From positions 83,312,345 to 83,369,911 of the forward strand of contig NC_057718.1 of the NCBI RefSeq assembly GCF_004010195.1: DNA of 57,567 nucleotides, given 5' to 3'. Every line of letters begins with the position of its first letter. Positions within the stretch are counted from its first letter, which is position 1. This DNA comes from Chiloscyllium plagiosum (lineage: Eukaryota). The notes under the pieces are model-generated. The model searched no databases and had not been told where the DNA came from. It worked only from the letters and a program-made list of their open reading frames with translations. Shown piece after piece: positions 49,301 to 57,567 of this stretch. The position numbers and the translations under genes are program-made.

Positions 49301-49428
49301 CAACCAGACAGTTTAGCTTTCCACCAAGTGTTACATTGTTACCTTATTGAGAACACTTGGCGCTGCCAGGTAGATCTACCAGCTATTAACTCTCTTAAAG
49401 GTACAGTACACCCCACATCTTCATAACA
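46323..49428 (-). mobile_element. Gmr1-like Gypsy LTR retrotransposon, deleted and 3'-truncated: 5' LTR, gag, integrase, start of RT
   Basis: gag AYELVSEAYRQQFR...LLEEFKNS...RRAAELA (~48550-47580). Integrase SSAYHPESQGALERWHQNLKSML, DWDK, FELIFGR, FSGPY (~47570-46700). RT start QHPYQLNP...QKEVEAMLDKDII...SEWSSSIVLVPK (~46480-46323). Confidence 0.88.
48722..49428 (-). repeat. 5' LTR of the Gypsy element (707 bp)
   Basis: TGTTA...TAACA inverted termini; followed on the minus strand by 'gtttgcgggttctggtccgtgat', a decayed tRNA-Pro-type PBS (TGGGGGCTCGTCCGGGAT). Confidence 0.8.
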
Positions 49429-49674
49429 ACAAGCGAACCTGCAACATAAGCAACACTTCATTTTTAAAATTATTGTGAAAAGGGAATCATTAAGTACATA
49501 ACCGGAGAATTCAGAAGGTCCAGATTCAAGTCTCATGTGCCCCAGAGGTGTGCCATAATATGTCCAAACAGTTTGATTGAAAATAAGGGTCTTGTAATGC
49601 AGCAGTAGCATCCCGATCTCTAAACAAGTAGTTCTAGGTTCAAGTCCCACCTGCCCCGACAAAACTATGATCAA

Positions 49675-50160
49675 TAAAAACCAAAAGAACTGCGGATACT
49701 GTAAATCAGAAACAAAAACAGTAGTTGCTGGAAAGGTTCAGCAGGTCAGGCAGCATCTGTGAAGAGAAATCAAAGTTAATGTTTCAGGTCTGGTGACCAT
49801 TCCTCAGGACTGTTAAGAGCTATGAAACGTCGGTTTATATGCAGAAGATCGGTTTGGGGAAGGGGGGCAAGGGTAAACGATAGGTATGGATAGAGCCCAA
49901 GAGAGAACAGTTGAACAGACAAAGGAGTTGAGCACGATCTGGCTGAATTGCTATTAATGGAGACTGACAGTGGCTAACAATAGGGAGTGGGTAATGGCAG
50001 ACCATATAATAACAAGGCCTGGTGTTTGTGTGGTGAGGGACTAGGACATGGGAAAGTTCAGGACCTGAAATCATTGAACACGATATTGAGTATGGAGGGC
50101 TGCATAGTGCTTTTTCAGTTGGAATCCACATGGGGAATGCCTGAGCCAGAGACAATTACT
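49675..50160 (-). mobile_element. PLE 3' end, same family as 20765-22621
   Basis: Tail, decayed hammerhead motif (CTGAGGA-ATGGTC-acca-GACC-TGAAACATTA) and 3' UTR matching 20765-21100. Confidence 0.8.
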
Positions 50161-50429
50161 GAGCAATGTGATGTGGCTGTGGAATCGACTTTTAGCAAAT
50201 ACCTGGTAACACCTGGATTGACAGAGAATTAATGTCAGTGGACAAGAGAGAAGATTGGAATGGAAATACCATCAAAGAGAGGAGCAGAACTTCAAGGGAG
50301 GCATGCCCAGAAGAGATGTGGCAGTAAGTTAAATACGAAATAAAAATTGTATGATTGAGTTGGTTCAAAATAATTACACTGTCTGCAAGTGACCCTGATC
50401 ATCCAAACACCGTCACTTTGTTTGTACTC

Positions 50430-50900
50430 TCCTTGCAGTCATGAATTATCCAATGAAGCTCAACCTAAGTTTGAGAAACAACATCTCACTTTACGGTCTA
50501 TCCAAACCAAGCTCAACTTTAGACTGTAATCCCTGCCCAACTTTATTTTCTTTTCTTTGCATGTTACGATATTACTTGTTTTTACTTTCAGACAGCCATT
50601 CATCTTTCTGCCATTTATTCCTTCCATGAGTTTTTTTTTCTTTACTTGTACCTGTGCTCTCTTTACTCTGAACAGCTGTTTTGTCATTTGGTTTCTCTTG
50701 TACTCTATTCTATCACAGATCTTCCCTTTTGTTCTTTTCCCACCCATTTTAAAACTCAATCTGTTAATTTCTAACTATTCTAGCTCTGAAAGATTATCAT
50801 TGAAAATATTCATAGTCTCCCCAGATGCTGCCAGATCTAAATATTTCCAGTAGTTCTACCTTTATTTCCAATTTCCAGTATCCACAGTATTTGGCTCACA
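50430..50900 (+). mobile_element. Old PLE 3' end
   Basis: 'taagtttgagaaacaacatctcact' (compare KLEEQHLIF), pyrimidine-rich UTR, 'cagatgctgccagatct...atttccagtatccacagtattt' tail. Confidence 0.55.
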
Positions 50901-52865
50901 CACTTTTTAAACTCTGTCCACAACCAACTGAGCAGATATCAAAGACTGAAAATATAAGAACAGTAAGAACTTTGCCACTTGGTCTTTGCATTGCATCATG
51001 TCACTGTAGCTCAGATTTTACAAACCGTCTTCACCTTCCGTGTAATGCACTTGAAGCAATTACCATCATTAAAAATTGGGGGAAAGTATTTGGCAACTTA
51101 TGCCCTTATTCCATGCCTTTAGGGAGAGTTTGGAATTTAAACCAGCTTGATTTTGAAAATGAGCTTGAGGGTTTACAATTAGTTTTATAGACATTCTATG
51201 TTTTGTGATTTCCTAATACTGTATTAATCACAAGGAAGTGTTGGCTGGCTCATAATAAGTTGCTAACTTGGCACTGACCATAAATGAAGGAACTTGGGAA
51301 GACTGCAAATAACCATTTGTGAAGAACAGTCAAATCATTTGCATTTATTGAATTAAATTTATGTTTAAATTTGAATAGTTGTCCATTTCTTTTGAGGCAT
51401 CTTTTCAAAATACAAGTATTCTGATTTGAACTTTTCAGCAACCTTTCATAAAAGTGAAAGCAACTGTGATTTTACGAATGTTACTTTTCACTTAAATGGA
51501 GGCTGTCCAATGGCTTAACATGAAAGAAATTGTGCAAAAATCTCTAAAATGATGAACTATCAAACATGAAAATTTACTTACTCAACAAAAGAAAGTCAAC
51601 TTTGAAGTGTTCATGCACCCAGCTGCTAACTATCCTCAGGCTAAATAAGCATGGTTCAAAACCCAAAATGTAGCAATGGTTCCAGCACCGCTGAATGGTA
51701 TTGAAGAGGTTTATCTGAGTCTCTCATTCAGCACATTGATTTTAGTACATTTTCAGATGTGAATTTTACATTCGGAAAAGCTGTATTTAAAGCAAGCATT
51801 CAATGGTAATTGTGTATTCCTAGAACTACTGCTACTTCTCAAATATATTGCAGCTAACCTTACATGTTGCTACATCCAGAGAAATATCTTTGTCTTTTGG
51901 TTAACTGACATTCAGTATGAAACAAACACTAATACTACACTAGTATTTTTATTGTAATCTTTTATCTTATTTTTCTATTTTTTAAACTTGGTTTGTTTTT
52001 TGCTTAAACACATAATTAACAATTTATAGTGTTGTTGTCTTGATGATTTTAAGATGGAAACTACTTCAAAAGAAGTTTGGTTTTCATTGAGTGAAAATAG
52101 AGTCAAGGGGCAGTTCTATTTTACCAGCTGAAACACTGAACTCTTGTATGGTCATATTGTGATAAGTTCTGATCAATCAATCTAATAAATTAAAACCTGA
52201 AGAACTACTGACTGTCTAATACAATAACCAGTGGCTCTTGGAAACTCATGTTAAGACTTGTAAACTTGTCTATTGAACATCAAGCAAGAACACTTCAATG
52301 AGCCTTCCCCCAAAACATTTAGCATTTTGGGAATTATCTCTGTTCAGAAAGATTAGGATTAGTTTTAAAATGTGATGACTCGTGCAGATAGCAGTGCAGA
52401 AGGGCTGAGAAAATGATTAAAGAGAAATAGAATTTGAGAATAAACTAGTGACAAACCTATCAACAAACTGCAAAAAGAAAAAGAACAGTGAAAACAAGTG
52501 TGGGTGCATTGCAAGTGAATTTATAAGAATTTTTAAATGGAGAGTAGAGAAATGGCAGAAAAACTAAACAAACACATTGTGCCTGTCTTCATGGGAGACA
52601 TATACTAAGTATTTCCCAGATAATGCAGAAAATAGTGTAAACAAGGAAGTTCAATACATTAACATTAAACATTGCTAAAGAGAGAGAAAGTCATAGCTTT
52701 CCATCTTGCATCGAATAGGACTGACAAGCAAAAGACAAACCCTGCAAAGCTGATACTAATTTATATAGCCTGAGAAGCTGTGCATTGGTTGGACTGTAGT
52801 TGTCACAAACCTGATAATCTTAGTTGGCTAATTAGATTAAGATCAAATGTGTAGAATTTTCACAA

Positions 52866-53497
52866 TGTGGCAATGCTGTGACTTTAAGAAATTACTTTGT
52901 ACTGATTTTTTTTGAAGAGAGGTTGTGAAGCAGAGGTAACGAATAGTCTACCAGAATCACTAAAGTAAACAGTTCGGGAGACCTTGGGTTTCTTTTTAAA
53001 CCATCCTGAATGGGTGTGACCAAATCTCACAGATCAGGATTTGTATTTTTAGCTTTAAGCAGAAGCTATTGGGGTCTCAATAGAGTTGGAAGCTTCAGTG
53101 AATGTCTCTTGACTGCAACTCTCTCTGAATTTTCTCTTGATATTTTTCCTCTTGGATGAGAGAATGGCAGGTGAGAATCTGTGTCTGAATTTTCCTTTTT
53201 GCCAACAAGTGCGTTTAGGGGATGTTCCTATACTGGAATAGTTAAATAGTAATAGTTACTGTATCTATTATTCTGATAAGTTCTTCAATAGAGTTAAGTT
53301 ATTTTAAATTTGTCTTTCTTTGGCTGTATTTTAATCATGGTGTTTAAATAAATTGTGTTTTGCTTAACGTCAAGTAATTTGACCAGTCACATCACATCTG
53401 GAACATGGCACTTCACAACTGCCTTTAAAATACAAAAAAGTTGGGCCTAGGCTACCTTCTTAAAAAAATTTGAGGGGGTCTGGTCTTGTCCATTAGT
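52866..53497 (+). mobile_element. Solo LTR
   Basis: Starts TGTGGCAATGCTGTGACTTT, has aataaa near the 3' end, ends ...gggggtctggtcttgtccatta; related to 28618-29223. Confidence 0.65.
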
Positions 53498-53559
53498 CAT
53501 GGGATTTTGAGTGCAGGAAGNGGGGGGGAATCAAACAGAGATGAGGATTTGTTAAAGGC

Positions 53560-54225
53560 TTTCCTATATGTTGTGTGCCTCAGCAATGCCCCACATGAAA
53601 GATCGATAAAGATAATAAAATCATATGGGATCCAGGGTAGTTTGGCGAGATGGATCCAAAATTAACTTCAGATAGAGATGGTAGTGGTAGAAAGTTGTAT
53701 GTGGACACCAGTGTCCTGTGGTGTACCAAAGGGATTAGTGCTTTATTGTTTGAGATTATACAAACAATATATAAAGTAGAATTGGGGGGGGGGGGGGGGG
53801 GTGGAATTTTGTGGTTGACATGCAGATTGGCCGGGTGGTTGACAGTCAATAGCAAGGCCTTAGGTTATAGGATGGTATAAGTGGATTGGTCAGGTGGACA
53901 GTTCAGTGGCCGATGGAATTTAACACTGAAAAGTGAGGTGATGCACTTTGGAAGAAATAACAAGACAAGAGAGTACTCTACGTAAAGTAAGACTGCAGTA
54001 AACTCAAAAGGAACAGAGGGATCTTGGGTTGCTTTTCTTCTGATCACTGAAGATACAGAACAAGTTAATAGGGCAGCTTCGGCAGCATTTGGGACACTTG
54101 CCTTTATTCAATGTGCCATAGATTATGAGAGCAGAGAGGTTATGTTGGAGCTGTATAAAATAATGGTTAAGCCATAGCTGGAGTACTGTGTGCAGGTCTG
54201 ATCGCAGCACTGTAAGGAGGTGGTC
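53560..54225 (+). mobile_element. Degenerate CR1 RT fragment with a poly-G tract (~53783-53801)
   Basis: 'gatggaatttaacactgaaaagtgaggtgatgcactttgg' and 'gctggagtactgtgtgcaggtctg'. Confidence 0.8.
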
Positions 54226-55699
54226 TCTGTCCTGGCACAGTATACCAAGAGCACCTTTCATTATCAGTCAGTTGGTGTGCTCAGGAGACTGCACGTGAGG
54301 GTTGAAGAACTAAATATCAGGCATCCCAGCTTGACTCTTTCTGCCCTGTTGCATTATGTCTTACTCCTGGAATGAGAGGCACAGATGTATCGAGAGATGG
54401 AAGTGAGCTGGCACAGTGATTACTTCTGGTGTAAATGGGGAGGTATCACAAGTGAATAAGTAGGCAGAGGGCAAGCAAGGTTACACCGTAAGACCAAAAA
54501 AACATAGGAACGGAGTAAACTGCTTTGGCCCCTCTGGCCTGTTCTATCATTCAACAGGATTGTGGTTGATCCAACATTCCTCAAGTCCACTTTCCTGTAA
54601 CTCTTGATTCCCCTACTGATCAAGAATGCACTCTTACATTCCAAACCCTTTGAAATAAGGGTTGGTGCTGCTGGGCATTCTGATGAGTGATCTTCAAATA
54701 TGATAAGATGTTGCAGGCAATAGTAAAAGCAGCAGAGCATGAGCTTGGTGGGAGGTGGCTTCCCTATCAGATATAGTGAGTGTGAGACAGTAGAGAGAAG
54801 ATGGTGGCACTTCTACTGGGAGAGTTAGGACAGCTGTAGAACCATTTTACGTTATTGGGCATTCCTCAGACAATTGAGACTCTACTGATCTGGAGTCAAT
54901 CTCGAACCAGGTTTTCAGGTAGCAGCCTCCATTTCCAGTTCGGGGGAGCAGGATGCATGATCACTACACTACACCATCAAGCAGAACCTCCAGGTCCCAG
55001 CCCACAATGCAGAGAGACAATTCTCCTTTCTCTGTAGTGTCTGAGGCAAATGACAGGAACCACGCAGAGCAGTTCTGGACTGAGAATGCTTGTCGAGGTC
55101 CATAACCATCTTTTAAAGATGGCACCAGTGTCACAGATGCTGGTCAATTCCTGGACGTCTCCACTGTTCTGTGTACAGTGATTGGTATAATGGAGCTAGA
55201 ATTGGAAAAGGGCAGCACCACAGAGGCAGCATGGATAGTTAATGAGATGGGTTTGATAAGATGTGGTAAGAAAATCCTCTCAGCCTCAAGGAGAGAGGCC
55301 CTCCATGAAACTGATACTTAGGTTCAGTAAAAACATGACTCAGCCCTAGGTCTTTACCAAATATACAATATTATCCAAGAAGTTGAGGTAATCTTAAACA
55401 GATGTGGATGTTGTATAACCAGCTGATATTCTGCTCAGTAGTACTGCTGATCAATTGTTATACCAATGTCAAAACACTCATGTGAAGTCAGAACGCAAAA
55501 GTAATAAACCAATATTAAGTCCGAGTTAATGCTGACTGAAATGCCATATTCAGGTTCACGTGCATCTCCAAATGTTGTTGATAATTGTCGTGTCAATTTT
55601 CTACATCAATGTAACAAATACACACTAACATGACTGTGAAGTCTAGATTAAATTGTTCATTTAACACAGCAGAAAAGAAAATTAGCTCCCTATTTTACC

Positions 55700-56370
55700 A
55701 CCACAAATTCTGTCCCTTGGAAGCAACTGAGCCTGAACCAGACCATTTGCAAACTTAGTGTTGCATTTGGCTTTCAAAAAAAGCTTCCTGCCACACATCT
55801 ATTCAATTACCAAGAAAACCTATTTGTAGCTACATAACTACACCCCAATTTACCTATGTATCACCTCCTGTTCAAACTACTATGCATCATCATTTCTACA
55901 ATCTTCTGGTTGACCTCTCATTTTATGTGCCATGCAAACCTGAGCTGTGCACATCAAGTCTTGTTCAGTCATTACCTTTGTAGTCACAGACCTTTACTTG
56001 CTCCACTTTCAACAACAAATGAATATTTAAATCCTCATTCCTATTTTCAAATTCTTCTATGATCTCACCTCTATAATTATCTCCAATTCTCAAGATCTTT
56101 GTGGTCCTCTCACTCTAACCATTTGTAATTCCCAAATTATATCTGTTCCACCATTGTCAGCTGTGTATTCACCAGCCTAAGCTTCTATGCCTTTGGATTT
56201 TTTTTAAACACTATTTTCACCTCACTCTCCTCTTTTCAGTTGCTTTTAAAAATCCACCTCTTTCTAAGTTTTGATCCTCTTTTCTAACATGTCCACATGG
56301 CTCAGTGTCAAATTTTGTTTTGTCCCATGGCATTCGAGAATATCAAAGGCAGTATATGAATGCAATATTT
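55700..56370 (+). mobile_element. Old L2-like 3' end
   Basis: Similar to the 19560-20620 pattern ('ccaccattgtcagctgtgtattcaccagcctaagc...ctttgga...aaaggcagtatatgaatgcaa'). Confidence 0.4.
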
Positions 56371-56439
56371 TTGTTTTCCTAGTTAATAAATATGATACAT
56401 TCTAATAGTCATTTGGTAACATAATACATGAGTTTTGTT

Positions 56440-56800
56440 TAAAAAGACGACATTTTTGTCAAAGCCTTGTGTCTTGTGCCCATCAGGACAATTCGCAAGC
56501 AATACCAAAGCAAAATAGAAAACAACATTGATACCGTATGGGAGGCAAGTGCTGATTGACTGGCAAATAGACATTGCTAAATAGAGGTACTGCCAGAGAA
56601 TGCAGTAATGGAATGACGAAGACAAACATTTATGTAATGCACCTTAATGCAGGCCTGGCTGACAGTTGTAACATGGTTCAGTGTAATTTTTCAAAATCTG
56701 CATCATTTAGGAATTTCTATCCAGTTGCAAAATTGCATCTAATATTGTACGCTGTTGAGAGATTTGTAGATATAGACTTACAGTACCTTGCTTATTGTGA
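56440..56800 (-). mobile_element. Third-family PLE 3' end with decayed hammerhead motif (56457-56490)
   Basis: Minus strand TGTC-CTGATGG-GCACAAGACAC-AAGGCTTT-GACA; a related decayed motif lies at ~52691-52722. Confidence 0.4.
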
Positions 56801-56861
56801 AGAAGAGGATAAGCCATTGATATGACTCACCAGTCTTCAGTATGACCTAGTATCACACCAA

Positions 56862-57567
56862 TTTTTTTTTTATTTCAAAAATATACTTTATTCATAAAAT
56901 AATTTGATGGTCTGTACAGTTGGTCATGCCATACATATGTAAACATTTATATACAGAGATCAGAATTTATCATTTTTATATACAGGTCTGTACGTTTATC
57001 AATCATATGTCCATATATTTAGCTGAGGTGTCAGCAGAGCCCAAAAGATTGCGTGGGCCCCCTGTTCTTCTTAGGCAGGCAGATGTTACACGGTGGTCTT
57101 TCCCCACCGCGCCTTGGCGGCAGCTGCCCCAAGCTTCAGCGCGTCCCTCAACACGTAGTCCTGGACCTTGGAATGTGCCAGTCTGCAACACTCAGTCGGG
57201 GTCAACTCCTTCAGCTGGAAAGATCAACAGGTTTTGGACCGCTCAGAGAGCGTCCTTCACCGAGGTGATGATCCTCCAGGCACAGTTGATGTTCGTCTCG
57301 GTGGGCGTCCCAGGGAACAGACCGTAGAGCACGGAATCCCGCGTCACGGTGCTGCTCGGGACGAACCTCAACAAACACCACTGCATTCCTTTCCAGACTT
57401 CTTCTGCGTAGGCACATTCCAGAAGAAGGTGCGTGACAGTTTCGTCCCCCCCGCAGCCGCTTCGAGGGCAGCGTGCGGTGCGGCTGAGAGTCTGGGCGTG
57501 CATAAAGGATCTCACAGGCAGAGCCCTTCTCACCACCAGCCAAGCCAGGTCTTGGTGCTTGTTGGAA
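56862..57567 (-). mobile_element. Tx1/L1-clade element 3' end (second copy; runs off the window end)
   Basis: Poly-T at 56862-56871; CPRSGCGGDETVTHLLLEC; closely similar to the reverse complement of 13180-13700. Confidence 0.93.

Noticed and set aside
51575..51645. Candidate exon tttag|CCTGAGGAT...gtaagt for the missing PDSDG segment
   Set aside because: In-frame TAG at the fifth codon and no further similarity.
54240..55300. GC-richer stretch that may be an old LINE 5' region
   Set aside because: No motif I can assign, apart from a short CR1 3'-UTR piece at ~54500-54640.
1..57567. CRISPR arrays, operons, rRNA or prokaryotic defence systems
   Set aside because: No repeat-spacer arrays or gene-dense structure; this is vertebrate intronic DNA.

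Overview
Eukaryotic DNA, almost certainly from a cartilaginous fish (shark-like), judged from HE1/V-SINE-type, Deu-SINE-type, CR1 and Penelope repeats; it is not prokaryotic. The window lies inside one large minus-strand gene, MAP4K3 (GLK). Seven small GT-AG exons (59, 39, 54, 43, 172, 122 and 42 nt) splice in frame into 177 aa of the proline-rich linker between the kinase and CNH domains (DLQLEYGQG...KPISNGLPPTPKVH). The ORF track largely misses these exons. The introns hold many retroelements: CR1 LINEs, two Tx1/L1-clade copies in inverted orientation around all seven exons, a Gmr1-type Gypsy element (SCAN-like gag, integrase upstream of RT), solo LTRs, SINEs and many Penelope-like element (PLE) pieces. 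The most striking signal is about a dozen PLE termini carrying minimal hammerhead-ribozyme motifs, mostly on the pre-mRNA strand. They include two ~93-bp stand-alone insertions with exact 14-bp target-site duplications, an 85-bp-arm hairpin insertion and one motif with an intact core. Repeat boundaries are by eye and approximate unless a TSD or splice site is cited. Family names and human comparisons come from recall, not from a search.
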